Assembly: GCA_964016885.1 (NCBI GenBank)
Contig: OZ024741.1
Location: 104,470,001-104,534,000, forward strand
DNA length: 64,000 bases
Source: Eledone cirrhosa
Taxonomy: Eukaryota
Reading direction: 5' to 3'
The position numbers were made by a program, and so were the translations under genes. Below, piece after piece: positions 14,438-28,678 of the stretch; position 1 is the first letter of the stretch; every line of letters begins with the position of its first letter. The notes below the pieces were generated by a model. The model was not told the origin of the DNA. It was given only the letters and a program-made list of their open reading frames with translations, and did no database searches.

Positions 14438-14530
14438 GTATATATATATATATTATTAATACATATATTATATATATGTATATATATATATTATATATGT
14501 ATATATATATTATATATATTTATATATATA

Positions 14531-14603
<73 letters not shown>

Positions 14604-14864
14604 ATACTTTGGGAGGGTCATGTTGCCAATAAGAAACACACGCACCAGTTGCTTTCACTTCAATTTAATTTATTATATATTTATAAATTTACAAATTTAT
14701 AAATTTCTGGTTGGTTGGTTGGTTCCACAACCAGATAGTTGTTTATATATATATAGTCATAGTTCTTTCGTCACACACTCTGTGACCTCTTCTGTGACTG
14801 GGGATTTCTTTCTTCGTTTCTGTGCCTTTCCTTTCTTCTATCCTACGCCAGAAAATGGCGAAAC

Positions 14865-14936
<72 letters not shown>

Positions 14937-15152
14937 CATATATATTATATATGTATATATATTATATATGTATATATATATATTATATATGTATTATATA
15001 TGTATATATTTATTATATATGTATATATATATTATATATGTATATATATATATTATATATATATATTATATATTTATATATATATATTTGCATGTTTCTA
15101 TACATTTGGAAACCTTAAGCAAGAATATTTGTATCGGATGAAAGAATGGTAT

Positions 15153-16010
15153 TTAACTAATGTATTGGTACGCGATGGGGCCCACCCACAGCCCCGGCGA
15201 ACAGAATGAAAAAGCCGTTTCCCCGAGGATGGCAAGGGAGACGCGCTGGAAAAGCCACTCCAACTCGCGGGGCTCACACCTACGGCTGGCCAGCTCAGCG
15301 CCTATGGTGGTGAGTAAGGAGGTAGCCCTGGGGCCGAGGACACCAGAAGTTTCCACTGCCAGGGGAACGACTGCAAACCTGTCGGAGAGCGATCGGTATT
15401 TGAGGAGTTTGGCCCCCTCAGCCCGACGTGCAGCAGAACCTGGGTCAGTCGCAGACTGCACTAGGTTGCGGCTGCAGAAAGTGTCGGTTCAAGTGGCATC
15501 CCAGACGAGGAGTTTGCCACCGCGGAACAGGAAGATGGTCATGCCATCTGGCCTTTTGCCGTCCCCTCGATCCATCCCCACCGTCTCGAGGTGGGAAGGG
15601 AAGCCTGCAGCGTCCAAGCCATGCTTAATGACCTCGTTGAGGGCAGTATGGCGTGGAATGCGGCCGGCACTGTGGCGACAGGAAAGCGGATGGAGGCCGA
15701 AAGAGTCCACGGTGGAACCGCAGCGACATTGGTGTGGCTGGCAGATCCGGAGGCCGAGCCTCAGGGAAGCGCCGATTCGCAGGCTAAGGTTGTTTAGCTG
15801 CGTGCCAGTGGAGAAGGAGGGCAGAGCATGGAGCCAGGCACCGCTGTGGGGTTTGGAGGCCGCACGAAAACTGTCTGAGGCCAGGCTGCACTGCATGGCA
15901 TCCCAAGTGCGTTGGGGGGGGGGGACTTCACGTCAACAGGGGGAGAAGGAGGAGGGACGTCTACTGGGCTAAGTCCCAGCCGGTCCCACGTCTCACAGGC
16001 GGCTTCACGT
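15153..16010 (-). pseudogene. C-terminus of an RLE-type non-LTR retrotransposon (CRE-like)
   Basis: GAWLHALP, CRCG..HPLSC..RH, GKRPDG..LVWDAT, PLAVETSG: Zn-binding motif plus PD-(D/E)xK nuclease; frameshifted. Confidence 0.8.
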
Positions 16011-16050
16011 TCTCTGAACACAGAGGGTTCTGTTGTATGTATATATATTA

Positions 16051-16116
<66 letters not shown>

Positions 16117-17092
16117 GTATATACAATATATATATATAATATATGTGTGTACCTATATAAGAGCTGGCGAGTTTGACGAGAGAAAAAAGACACGTCTTCA
16201 CTGTAGCCGTGTGAGCGAGAGAAGAGACTGTTTACAGTGGCGGACGAGGGGGGAAGTGAGCTAGCGGAGAGAGGGTGACTAGCAGAGAGGGAGTGAGTGA
16301 AAGTAAGAGGAAACGAGAAAGAGTTAGATATTGTGGCAGGCTAGCCGAGAGAAGGTGACTAGCAGAGGTTGTGGGCGAAAATAATAGGGAAAGAGAGGAT
16401 AGCAATAAGGGGAGAGAAACGAGACGGGTCACAGCGGAGAAGGAAACTTGTATGAATAAAATGGCGAGCTGTGTGGTTGCATTTATGTTCGAAATGAGTT
16501 GTTGACTTGATATTTTTCCTCTGTTTACGTTGCTTCACCCTTCGTGTCTGTTTACATTTTTTTCTCTCTCTCCTTTTTTTTATCCCAATAACTTATTTTA
16601 GTTATTGTTCGCCCTAGGCTGAGGTATCTTGTCTCTAACGCGAAGAAATACCTATGATTCCTAGCAGACAACTGACGACGGATATTACCCTCTTTCGCCC
16701 GTAACTTTTATTTACATTATATATATATATATATGTATTTGTATGCACCCACACACACACGCGCGCGCACGCGCGCGCTAGTTACAGGGACTTGAAACTT
16801 AGTGAGCATTTTTAAATACCATTTCTTTTTTTAATAATTCAAATTAAAAAAAACTAAAAAAAACACTAAATTAATTTAGACAAATTTGATTTTTTTAAAT
16901 TCGTAAAATAAATGAAGACCACCTGAAAACCCTAAGAAATCAAAGTTTAATGAAATCAAAAATAAAACAAAAATTAATATTTAAGCAAAATAGAAGATTA
17001 AACCAAGGAGAGGGGGGGGGGGGTATAAATCGAACTAAAATATTGGATTGGTTCGATCTTTTATTTCTCAGTTGGATCTGGCCGTCTTCAGT

Positions 17093-17369
17093 CAGGGGTC
17101 TCAAACTCAAGGAATCAAAAGAACTATTATGTCCTGGCGGAGAGGCACAGCAGGTCAAAAGTGAGATGGGTGGTTACAATACTAATCTGCAATACATCTG
17201 ATAGGTTGCTATTGTTTTTTCTAATCAAAATGAGTACGCATATGGTAGTGAATGTGATATGTGACTTAGTACAAAATGTAGGGGAACAAAATTTCCTTAA
17301 TTAATCATAAATTGTTCTGCTGTGGGCCCTAGAAATGTGGTTGGCGGGCTACATGTCTGTGACCCTTGG
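17093..17369. mobile_element. hAT-like MITE; second copy 62160-62618 is interrupted by a SINE
   Basis: Termini caggggtctcaa / ttgagacccctg; shared internal sequence. SINE in the second copy is flanked by duplicated attaattaattaatctatt. Confidence 0.65.
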
Positions 17370-18781
17370 TCTAAGTTGTCCAACAGAATTGTCTGCATTC
17401 TTGTGGCTGATATATCAGCAGGAGCAGTGGTCAAATACACCTCCCCTGTGGACACACCATTATGTATGTGTGGGTTTGCATGTGAGCATGTACATATATG
17501 CTTGTGAGTGTGTTTGCCTGCGTCTGCGTGTATGATATATCCAAAAACTAGTGTTATATTGTATACCTATGTGTCCTATACCATAGTTGTTCGACAAGAA
17601 AAGATCAAGAAGATAAGTACCAGACTCTAATAAGTACTGGAGTTGATATGATTAACTAAAAGTCTGGAAGTCATTGGTGCTCCAGCATGATTGCTGCACA
17701 GCGACTGAAACCAATAAAAGAATATATTTTAAATCATAAATGTGGACTTAACGTGGCCAAATGGTTAAAAAGTTTGCTTCGCAATCATACACACCCAAGT
17801 ACAAACCTATTGTCTGGCACCTTGGGTAAGTGACATTTACCATAGATTTAGATCGGTCAAAGCCATGTAAGTGAAATTGGGTAGACGGACACTGTTTGGA
17901 AGCCTGTTGACTGGACTGCAACAGTAATTCACAAAACCAGTTTCACACTGAATCTTCCTGAGAATTACGTAAAGGGTACACATCTGTGGAATACTAAACC
18001 ACATACACAATAATACACGACAAACTGTACCTGTAATTCAAAGGGCCAGTTTTGTAACACATTGTGTCACACTGAATCTCCTTGAGAGTACATGTGTCTG
18101 TGGAATGCTCAGCCACTTACACATTAACTTCTCGGGTAGGCTGTTCAATAGATTGAACAATTGAAACAGTCATCATCGAAATCGATGGAGGTCCATTCTG
18201 AATAGGTAAACATCTTGGATATGTTACAATGTTTTGATAAGAAATGCTGAGAGAGAGGTTTTTGTGTAGAAAATATATTTCTTTTAACTTGGTTAGGAAA
18301 TAGCAATTGCAGAATAAAAGATGCACTCAGAGCATTTTCTGTTGAATGTAGGTGGAATTGAGAATGTATGGATGTGTGTGCGTGTCTGTGACTATGGATG
18401 TGTGTATATATGTGTCTGTGCATATTGTTTCAGTTTCAGCTACCAAACTGTATTCTGCAAACCCATTGCTCCCTAGCGAGAGACAGCTGTTTCACAGCAA
18501 CATCTTTTGGTCTTTGTTTACATAACATAGCAGTAGGATACATTCTCTACTAATTTGTTGAGACTGATAAGAGACTTGCACGATCCATTAATTACCCATT
18601 AAACTGATAACTAAGGAATGGATGCTAACCAAAGACATTTGTATGTCATTAGACCACCCGTGACCCGTTGGGACATGTTCGCTTGAAAATATTTTTAAAA
18701 AATCATGTTCACTTAAAAGTAATTTTTAAATAATTGAAATATACACAGACATGCATATAATGTGAAATGAAACTGGAAGGC

Positions 18782-18822
<41 letters not shown>

Positions 18823-18987
18823 ATGTTGAAAAGGCAACACACCAGAGAGAGATACAGTGCGCTATCAATAAAACAGGGAAAAACCACCAGTGTATGGAAT
18901 CTATAACCTATGAAAGGCAGACTATAGACACGATAATTAAAAATATAAATTAAAGCGTAAATAAATACCTCTATAACTATATAACAG

Positions 18988-19056
18988 ACGTACAAATCCA
19001 AAGAGATCTGTTTCGCCAGTAAGTTGTTGACAGAAATGACCCCGGTTCGTCAGCGT
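18988..19056 (-). ncRNA. Hammerhead ribozyme with stable stem III
   Basis: acg-CTGACGA-accgg..ctggc-GAAA-cagatct cttt ggatttg-TA-cgt. Confidence 0.8.
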
Positions 19057-19509
19057 GTGTAAGGCTATACATTTCAGACAACACTAAGAGAATTTATTAT
19101 ATCTTCCTCTCTATTTTTCTCTTTGTTTATGAAGGTACCCAGAAAAACCCCATCTCTCGGGAACCAGTGGTCCGAATTGCGCGTAATGTGTTTTATTCCA
19201 TTTGTATTCCCATTTCAGGAGCAACTACCTTTCAAAGTATTTTCCCATTATGCGCCCTTTTGGCTGTATTACATTACAGACAAGCAAGCAAGCAATCACA
19301 GACTTTTAGTAGTATACTAGACCACCCGTGGACCGTTGGGTCAAGTTCACTTCAAAATATTTTTAAAATATCATGTTCACTTAAAAATAATTTTTAAATA
19401 ATTAAAATATACACAAACATGTATATAATGTGAAATGAAACTGGAAGGCCCATATATATATATATACGTGTGTGTATGTATATATATAAATGTATGTATA
19501 TATATATAA

Positions 19510-20351
19510 GTATGTATACGTACATACATATATGTATACAGACGTACAGTAGTATGTATATATATATATATACATGCACACATATATATATGTACGTATC
19601 GATTTACCGAACATTTATTATAATGCTCGGTTTGTTTGTAAACAAACATCCCTAATTAAGCCGTACAGTGTTTAGCAACTATCGTATACCTTCCTGCCAG
19701 ATTATTGAACGTCTGAAAGTATATACTTTCCTTATGCATATTAACGGCTGAGCAGCCTAATTTGCATATCGAGTGAGTTAATCGGCCGGGCGCACCGAAA
19801 ACGATAAATGGAAAAAATGAAACGAAATTTCATTTCTCACTCTTAGTACGGCTGTTACTTAAATATTAGTATGTATACGTACATACATATATGTATACAG
19901 ACGTACAGTAGTATGTATATATATACATACATGCACACATATATATATATGTACGTATGGATTTACCGAACATTTATTATAATACTCGGTTTGTTTGTAA
20001 ACAAACAGCCCGAATTAAGCCGTACAGTGTTTAGCAACTATCGTTGCCCTTTTGTTCAACACTGACAAAGGAACGATGTACTAGTTTCAAGCTTATTAGC
20101 TATCGTCAGCACCGTATACCTTCCTGCCAGATGATTGAACGTCTGAAAGTATATACTTTCCTTATGCATATTAACGGCTGAGCAGCCTAATTTGCATATC
20201 GAGTGAGTTCATCGGCCGGGCGCACCGAAAACAATAAATGGAAAAAATGAAACGAAATTTCATTTCTCACTATTAGTACGGCTGTTACTTAAATATAAGT
20301 ATGTATACGTACATACATATATGTATACAGACGTATATATATGTATGTACG

Positions 20352-20382
<31 letters not shown>

Positions 20383-20482
20383 GTATGGATTTAGCGAACA
20401 TTTATTATAATGCTCGGTTTGTTTGTAAACAAACATCCCGAATTAAGCCGTACAGTGTTTAGCAACCATCGTTGCCCTTTTG

Positions 20483-20490
<8 letters not shown>
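19510..20490 (-). repeat. Tandem array of R1 (period 430 bp)
   Basis: cgaaatttcatttctcac at 19822 and 20252; HHR at 20073-20115; one unit has a deletion removing the HHR. Confidence 0.9.
20073..20115 (-). ncRNA. R1 hammerhead ribozyme
   Basis: acggtg-CTGACGA-tagctaataagctt-GAAA-ctag-TA-catcgt. Confidence 0.88.
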
Positions 20491-20537
<47 letters not shown>

Positions 20538-20796
20538 AAGGTATATATTGAGTTAGGAACTCAAAATAGTCTCTTACAATAAAATAGCTCTAGGAAAGAG
20601 ATTTTTCCGAGCCGTATATTATAATTGAATATAAAAGAAAAACGAACACAGATATATACATATATGTGTTCAAATCGTAAGCGACCAGATTCGCTAAGGT
20701 GAAAAGAATACTAACTATAGACAATAGGGTTTGCCAGACTCAATTTAAGAATAAATCAAGAAAATAAATACAAACCGGAATTGTGGTAACTACCAA

Positions 20797-20875
20797 TCAC
20801 CCAGACAGCTTTGGTCAGCTGTTTCGCAAAATTAATTGTGCAGAGGAATACCGATTCTTGCTCATCAGTGGGTGA
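20797..20875 (-). ncRNA. Canonical type I hammerhead ribozyme
   Basis: tcaccca-CTGATGA-gcaa..ttgc-GAAA-cagct gaccaa agctg-TC-tgggtga: 7-bp stem I, 6-bp stem III, GUC site. Confidence 0.93.
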
Positions 20876-21097
20876 AGGATTAGTATCCTGGACATTTCTA
20901 AATATATTAAAAAACTGAATAGTGTGCGTATATATAATAACGCACATGGTATCTGAACTTAGCGTGTCTAACAAACTTACACCACTAAAAATAGCAGTCA
21001 GGTTTACTCGACATTTGAATTAGCTCAACAAATTAACGGAGCCGAACATATCAAAGGTATATATATATATTTGAACACACACACACACACACACACG

Positions 21098-21196
<99 letters not shown>

Positions 21197-22759
21197 GTGT
21201 CTGTGATCTATAAGCACTGGTCATAGACACACACATATATATATATATACACAACAACACCACCAGCTCTCTTCTATTCTCCTTCTGTGTCTCCTCTCCC
21301 TCTCTCTATGTCTCTCTTCCAATCTACTCTGTTGCAAACACTATCTCTTCCTCTCTATCTTTTTCTCTCTTTGTTTATGAAGGTACCCGGAAAAAGCCCA
21401 TATCTCAGGAACCCATGGTCCGATTTACGCGAAACTTGTTTTATTTCATTTGTATCCAATTTCAGGAGCAACTTCCTTTCAAAGTATTTTCCCATTATGC
21501 GCCCTTTTGGCTGTATTACATTACAGACAAGCAAGCAATCATCGACTTTTAGTAATATATAGATAGATATATAGATAGATAGATAAACAAAGTTTGAACA
21601 CAGGTTTGCTTCAATTAACTTCTTGCGTTGTGTATTCCTTTTGTATAAGGTAGCGAATAGCATAGTTGTTAGAGCATTGGATAGAATGCTTTGTGGTATT
21701 TTTTCTGACTTTGCACTCTGAGTTCAAATCCCGTCGAGGTTAACTTTGCCTGTCATCCTTTTGAGGTCGATAAACAAAAGTACTAGTCTAGTACTGGTAT
21801 CAATTCTTTCTCGCTCCCTCTCTATCACACTCTCCTTCTGTGGAAGAAATTTGCTGTGTCAGACATAGAGAGGAGATTGGCCCATACATACATGCATACA
21901 TACTCCCCGTGTATGGATCATAGTTTTCTCAAACATCCATTTGCGAAGATAGTTTTGTAGTTTTGTCTGTAAACATTCGCGAGTTTCGGTTCAATTTTGA
22001 CCCCACCACCTAACACATGAAATTATTCTCTGATAGAATTCTTCCATCCTTTATTCCCAACCAATTTCAGTTGTCCAGACTACTCTCTGTAGCCTAACGT
22101 TGCTCGGAATTGTTGTAATGTTAGTATATATGTTGGGTTCACTCTCATGTATAGTTCAGTAACAATGACTTCTTGTTACTTTGGGTTTCTCGTCTTACTC
22201 GTAGCAGTAGAATCATCTGGTGTCTTGAGTCGTCGAACTACCTCCCTACGTACTGCAATTGTAATGGAGAAGGCCATCCGCAAGAGCCAACCCCATGAGT
22301 TTGACTAGGAGTCTCAAACACAGTCTGTTAACTACCTTTCTAAGGCCCGCGGTAGAATTTTTGTGACTAATATTTTTCTGTTTAAAGAACCGTCAGAGAC
22401 AGTGATTTAGTGAGTTTTAGCTGATTGTTGATTGAGTGTGAAGCGAAGTCTATTTGTTGTAGTCAATTCGGAAAATAAGTAAACATGACGAGTATGAAAA
22501 TACTAGTTTAATAAATAGCTTCACTTCACTTCACAAAAGATACAATTGATAATATTCAGTATGATAAAATTAATAAAATTATTAAATCTGTTTCTGTCTA
22601 TGTGGAGCCGTCACTTCTATATCGTCGGGATAAAATCCTTTAAAAAAGTATGTAGGGATGGGGGTCACCATTATGTAGCGAATAGATGTATTCTTTGCAA
22701 GATGAATGATAAAAAGAATGATGAAGAATTGTGATGTTGACAACGTTTATTTTATAATA

Positions 22760-23420
22760 ATAAAATTCACTTGTTGGTACATCGAATATTGAGTAATAAA
22801 ATCTGAGAGCGAATTCCAAGAATGATAGGGGGTAAGATCTCCAACCAGTTGCTGTTGTTGACATCGGCTCTGAGAGCATATTTTAATTGTCGATGGAAAC
22901 GCTCCACCATACCGTTAGCTGCAGGGTGATAAGCTGTTGTACGTGTTCGGTACAACCTAGGAGGCGTGTCAATTCGTAAAAATGGTTTGATTCGAACTGG
23001 CAGCCTCTGTCCGTTGTGATGGTAGAAGGTGTGCTATAACGCGAAATTCAATGTTGGACTTGCGCTTTGGCAATAGTTTCGGTTGTGGTATCAGACAGAG
23101 AAATGGCTTCAGGTCACTGGGAGAATCTGTCTACACAAGTCAAAAGATGAATGTAACTTTGAGAAAGAGGCAGTGGTCCGACGATGTCGATGTGCGCATG
23201 TTGGGAACGCGCATCTGGTGTTACAAAGGTGCCTAGAGGAGTTCTGACATGCTGAATTTTTGCCTTCTGACAATGGACGCCACGCTTGGCCCATTCCCTG
23301 ACAAAGTGTGTGTGTCTCAGCGAAATCTATCAATAGCTAGATCTTTTGCGTGATGTGAGGACAGGCGAGATGTTGCAGACTGGTCAGGCCGAAATCCCAG
23401 CTATCTTTATAACGATGGTT
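22760..23420 (-). pseudogene. Gypsy integrase remnant
   Basis: RTTAYHPAANGMVERFHRQLK, TITTDRGCQFES, HVHIDIVGPLP readable across frames; PBS-like TGGTGACCCC at ~22661-22670. Confidence 0.85.
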
Positions 23421-23735
23421 CGTCTAATTTGACGCCGTGATTTTTCCATAGGCGAAAGTTATGTCCCTGAGGTCATAGGCCAGTGTCCTGGTGGTCGTAG
23501 CCCCCGGAAAATCAACACTGGGAAAATTTTCCTTGCTACAGTAAATCATATAGCAATAGGCACGGGTTATGTAAGCGTTGGTGTCACTCGGTGTTTTAAA
23601 AAATGAATTGTGAGAAAAATGTGGGAAATAAAGCGAAAATATAAAATGAAAAAGCAAGTTAGGTCAACAACATTTATTGCCTTATTTCTGTGTGAAACGG
23701 TATAGAAACTTAAACAGAGATTGACGTAAGTAAAC

Positions 23736-23814
<79 letters not shown>

Positions 23815-24508
23815 AAAAGAATAGAGGTGTAACACACAAGTTATGATATATTGGTAAATGGAAAAGAAAATGCTGACAAATTGTTCACAGTGAAAAATAG
23901 TTTAATTAGGAATAAGTGAGAATTAGTAATAGTATTGGTTAGTATTCAGTTTTGGTTTTAAGTTTTACCGGTTGCGCATTTCTAATGCTTTTCAAAAATA
24001 ATTTTGAGATAGAGCGTCCGTGATGTTTGCTCTGATCTGATTAGTTTTGGGAATTCTACCTGTTTTTATGTTAAAAAAGTGGCTCCAGCGGTATTAAAAT
24101 AAGTTTTGCGCCAATTCGTGTTGCAAAAATTCTTGTGGTCAAAACAATTTTGATTGGTCGGTAGAGGTCATGTGAATGTTAAAAATTGATTTTGCGCCAA
24201 ATGTAGGTTTGTGTCGGCTGATTGAGAAGTCACAGAGAAATAAGTCTTTCAAAACAAATATGTGTCTGTGTGTGTGTGTGTGTAGTAGTAGTAAAGAGGT
24301 TCGTTGTTGTGATAATGGTCAGCAGGGATGTGTGTGCGAACCGCAGCCTGTTGACAGTTCAAATGCCTATTAAGACAAGTGTGTGTGTGTGTATGTGTGT
24401 AGCAGAGTAATTCGTGGTAGAGGGATGGTCAGTAGGAATGTCTGTAAGTGTGTGGGGGGATATTTTAACATGTTAAAAGATATTTTTCAGCTCTTGTCTT
24501 ATACGGAG

Positions 24509-24599
<91 letters not shown>

Positions 24600-25289
24600 T
24601 CTTTGTATGTTAATGTACGCGTGTGTATGTGTGTGTGTGTGTGTGGGTGTGGGTGGACCAGTATTTATTTCTGGTAAAATGGTGTACATTATTCGATATT
24701 TTCAGTAAAATCGATTCTCTCAATAGAACATCAAAAACCTTAATAATAAAAGGTGTGAAATGATATATAGTATTGGCATAATACCAAGGTGTGTGTGAGT
24801 GTGTCCAGATTGTACGTACTGCAAGGGGAATCCATTAGGCCTTGCCGTATTGGAATACCTGTGCACAAATATATATCTGGAGTGTGTCCAGAAATTGTAT
24901 ACCTGTGCACAAATATGTATCTGGAGTGTGTCCAGATTGTACGTACTGCAAGGGGAATTCATTAGGCCTTGCCGTATTGGAATACTTGTGTACAAATATG
25001 TATGTGCCCATCAGTGTGCAATGCATGTGTGCGTTTATGTATGTGTGTGTGTCGGCACGTTTATATCTATAGACATCAAAAGGTATGCAAATTTGTGTAT
25101 ATTTGTGTTGCACCATAGAACATGTGTGTTTACGTATGTCATTGTGTTTATATGTGGGTAGAGATGTATGCTGATGTAGGTATGTATGTTGACGTGTGTA
25201 TGTTGTGTGTTCGTCTTAGGGAGAAGTGTTTAGACGGGGTCCGTATTTGTTAATAAAGTAAGATTCCTTGCTGATGCGCTGGGTGTGGG

Positions 25290-25751
25290 TGGCGTTATCT
25301 TTAAAATTGTAGAGTGGAAAGATTCTGAAGTTGGGAATGATTTTGGGCGGCACAGGTATCAATGTGTTCACTCAGTGGTATTTTCCTGTATTCCCGTATT
25401 TTAATTTGGGATCTATAGACAGTCATGCGTTGGCGGAGGCTGTTTTTGGTCTGGCCTATGTATTGTTCTCGACAACCTGAGCAAGTTAATACATATATTA
25501 GATTTTCTGATGCGCATGTGAAATTGTGTTTTACTATAAAACGTTGTCCTTCTTTGAAATAGAATTCCGAACCCTCTATTAGGTTGATGCATATGCCACA
25601 GTTGGGTCTATCGCATTTTTTTACTGTGGGTTTCGTTGTTGTGGTTGGCAGTATTTGGCATGTGTTAAGATGTTTTTCATTGACTTAGATTGTATTTTGC
25701 TCTTTATGATATCGTGTGTTCGTAGGATTTGGTTCTTCTATGGTCCTTTTT

Positions 25752-25755
<4 letters not shown>
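25290..25755 (-). pseudogene. PLE (Neptune-type) Zn-linker + GIY-YIG fragment
   Basis: Manual translation: KKCDRPNCGICINL..FTCASENLIYVLTCSGCREQYIGQTKNSLRQRM. Confidence 0.85.
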
Positions 25756-25820
<65 letters not shown>

Positions 25821-26014
25821 TCAGGTTTGAGGTTCACCACTGTATAGAGCTGGTCTATTCCGTATGGTCAATCGTAATGCAATAATATAGAGAGTACTCA
25901 ACGTAAAGCAGTTCAACCGTCTTTGTTTTTGTAGTTGGTGGTGCTATTACGGAGTTAAATATTATAATGAAATGACAGGAGGCTGGATTTGTGTAAATCC
26001 TTGAAAGGTTTATT

Positions 26015-26072
26015 ATACTATGATCATTTCAATGACCGGGTTCCGTATGAATCCGGTGATATCATCAGGTAT
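26015..26072 (-). ncRNA. Hammerhead ribozyme
   Basis: Inverted copy of 28294-28351. Confidence 0.78.
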
Positions 26073-28293
26073 TCGAAATATAATACGTGAATGTAATAGG
26101 TAAAATCCATGGGGCTGAAAATCGAGACCCGAGGGCGACCGCTATTCTGTTCCTTCAACCTCAGCCGGTCGCCCTGGAGTGACGTGGCTAAATTTTATAG
26201 TATGCTACTACCGGTCAGATGAACGAAAACAGAAAGGGATGGGAGCATAGGTTAACGTCGATCCCATGACACAAGGTAAAAGAAAGAAAGAAAGGAAGGA
26301 GAGAGAAGAAGGGGGAAGAAAGAAGAAGAGAAGCCAGGGTTAATGTCAGCTAAAAGAGGAAGGCAACTACTACTGGTCAGATATAGGCAAGCAAGAGGGG
26401 GAAGGAAGATAAGTCTGCGGGAGGAAGACAGGGGGAGGGGAGAAGAGAAGGAAGGGAAGAGAGAAGTAGAAAAGTAAGGGTTGATGGCTACAAGAAGGAA
26501 GATAGAAAGAAAGAGGAAGAAAGGTCGATATTAATGTCAGACCACAGTCAAGCCAGGAGTGGCGCGAGAAAATTTTCACAGGGACCCGCATCTTAGCGGA
26601 GGTGAATATATTGGGAGTCAGTGTTTTACAGTGTTTAGACTTCTAGGATGAAGTTAAAAAAATTAATAATCAATGTTCAATATTAAAGAGGTTAGAAAAT
26701 TTAAAGTTCAACAGTTTAACATTTAATTATATAATAGTTCCGATTTGTTCTGTAATTTAAAGGTACTATTTGGCGGTTAAAACAACGACCGCGCCCCGGG
26801 CCCCATGGAGAATTAAGCCACGCCGAGTATTTTCATTTACTGAAAGAAGGGGAAATTTATTTTTCCAAGCACTTCATCCGATAGAGTTAAGCAAAATTCT
26901 AAAGTTCCAACTTTCTGTCGGACCGTTGGGTGGGTTTTAGCGGCGGCGCGACCAGCTCCCTGGCGAACGGGCTCACATGGAGTGCTTGGAAAAATAAATT
27001 TCCCCTTCTTTCGGTAAATGAAAATACTCGGCGTGGCTTAATTCGCCATGGGGACCGGGGCGCGGCCGGTGTTTTAACCGCCAAATAGTACCTTTAAATT
27101 ACAGAACAAATCGGAACTATTAGATATATCAACCTGAAACTGTTGAGCTTTAAATTTTCTAACCTCTTTAATATGGAATATTGATTATTAATTTATTAAT
27201 TTTTTAACTTCATCCTATAAGTCTAAACATTGTAACACACTGACCCCCAATATATTCACCTCTGCTAAGATGCGAGTCCCTGTGAAAATTTTGTCGCGCC
27301 ACTCCTGGCCCGACTGTGGTGTGACATTAATATCGACCTTCCTCCCTCTCTCATTCTATCTTCCTTCTTGTAGCTATCAACCATTACTCTTTTACTTCTC
27401 TAAGCAAAATTTTAAAGTTCCAACTTTCTGTCGGACTGTTGGGTGGGTTTTAATGGCGGCGCGACCGGCTCCCTGGCGAACGAGCTCACCTGGAGTGCTT
27501 GGAAAAATAAATTTCCCCTTCTTTCAGTAAATGAAAATACTCGGCGTGGCTTAATTCGCCATGGGGCCCGGGGCGCGGCCGTTGTTTTAACCGCCAAATA
27601 GTACCTTTAAATTACAGAACAAATCGGAACTATTATATAATTAAATGTTAAACTGTTGAACTTTAAATTTTCTAACCTCTTTAATATTGAATATTGATTA
27701 TTAATTTTTTTAACTTCATCCTAGAAGTCTAAACACTGTAAAACACTGACTCCCAATATATTCACCTCCGCTAAGATGCGGGTCCCTGTGAAAATTTTCT
27801 CGCGCCACTCCTGGCTTGACTGTGGTCTGACATTAATATCGACCTTTCTTCCTCTTTCTTTCTATCTTCCTTCTTGTAGCCATCAACCCTTACTTTTCTA
27901 CTTCTCTCTTCCCTTCCTACTCTTCTCCCCTCCCCCTGTCTTCCTCCCGCAGACTTATCTTCCTTCCCCCTCTTGCTTGCCTATATCTGACCAGTAGTAG
28001 TTGCCTTCCTCTTTTAGCTGACATTAACCCTGGCTTCTCTTCTTCTTTCTTCCCCTTCTTCTCTCTCCTTCCTTTCTTTCTTTCTTTTACCTTGTGTCAT
28101 GGGATCGACGTTAACCTATGCTCCCATCCCTTTCTGTTTTCGTTCATCTGACCGGTAGTAGCATACTATAAAATTTAGCCACGTCACTCCAGGGCGACCG
28201 GCTGAGGTTGAAGGAACAGAATAGCGGTCGCCCTCGGGTCTCGATTTTCAGCCCCATGGATTTTACCTATTACATTCACGTATTATATTTCGA

Positions 28294-28351
28294 ATACCTG
28301 ATGATATCACCGGATTCATACGGAACCCGGTCATTGAAATGATCATAGTAT
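28294..28351 (+). ncRNA. Hammerhead ribozyme
   Basis: atac-CTGATGA-tatcaccgg..ccggtcatt-GAAA-tgatca-TA-gtat; palindromic stem III ATGATCAT. Confidence 0.78.
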
Positions 28352-28599
28352 ATTAAACCTTTCAAGGATTTACACAAATCCAGCCTCCTGTCATTTCATT
28401 ATATTATATATATATATATATAAAATTTAGTATATCCACTAACATATGCGTACAGATGTACGCCAATGTCAGCAAATACACAGGTTATGTCATAGTACCT
28501 AGGTGGTTCAATGCAGGAGGATGCAGAACAATAATATAAAAGACGTAAAATAAGAAAATTTTAAAAAAATTTTAAAAAATTAACTTACTAAAATTTTCA

Positions 28600-28678
28600 C
28601 TCCAACTAATTAGTTTCTGCAATGGGATAAAGACAGTTACGTAATAAACTGTTGAGAATTCATTGCGTCATCAGGGAG
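28600..28678 (-). ncRNA. R2 hammerhead ribozyme
   Basis: ctcc-CTGATGA-cgcaatg..cattgca-GAAA-ctaattag-TT-ggag. Confidence 0.9.

Larger units (their letters stand above)
25963..28406. repeat. ~910-bp near-perfect inverted repeat enclosing a third diverged tandem copy (PLE pLTR-type)
   Basis: 25963-26876 is the reverse complement of ~27491-28406; 26888-27400 repeats 27400-27910. Confidence 0.92.

Noticed and set aside
15160-15972. 270-aa plus-strand ORF
   Set aside because: Antisense shadow of the GC-rich CRE-like fragment.
24799-25000. Short spaced direct repeats resembling CRISPR
   Set aside because: Local ~127-bp duplication in eukaryotic repeat DNA; no unique spacers or cas genes.
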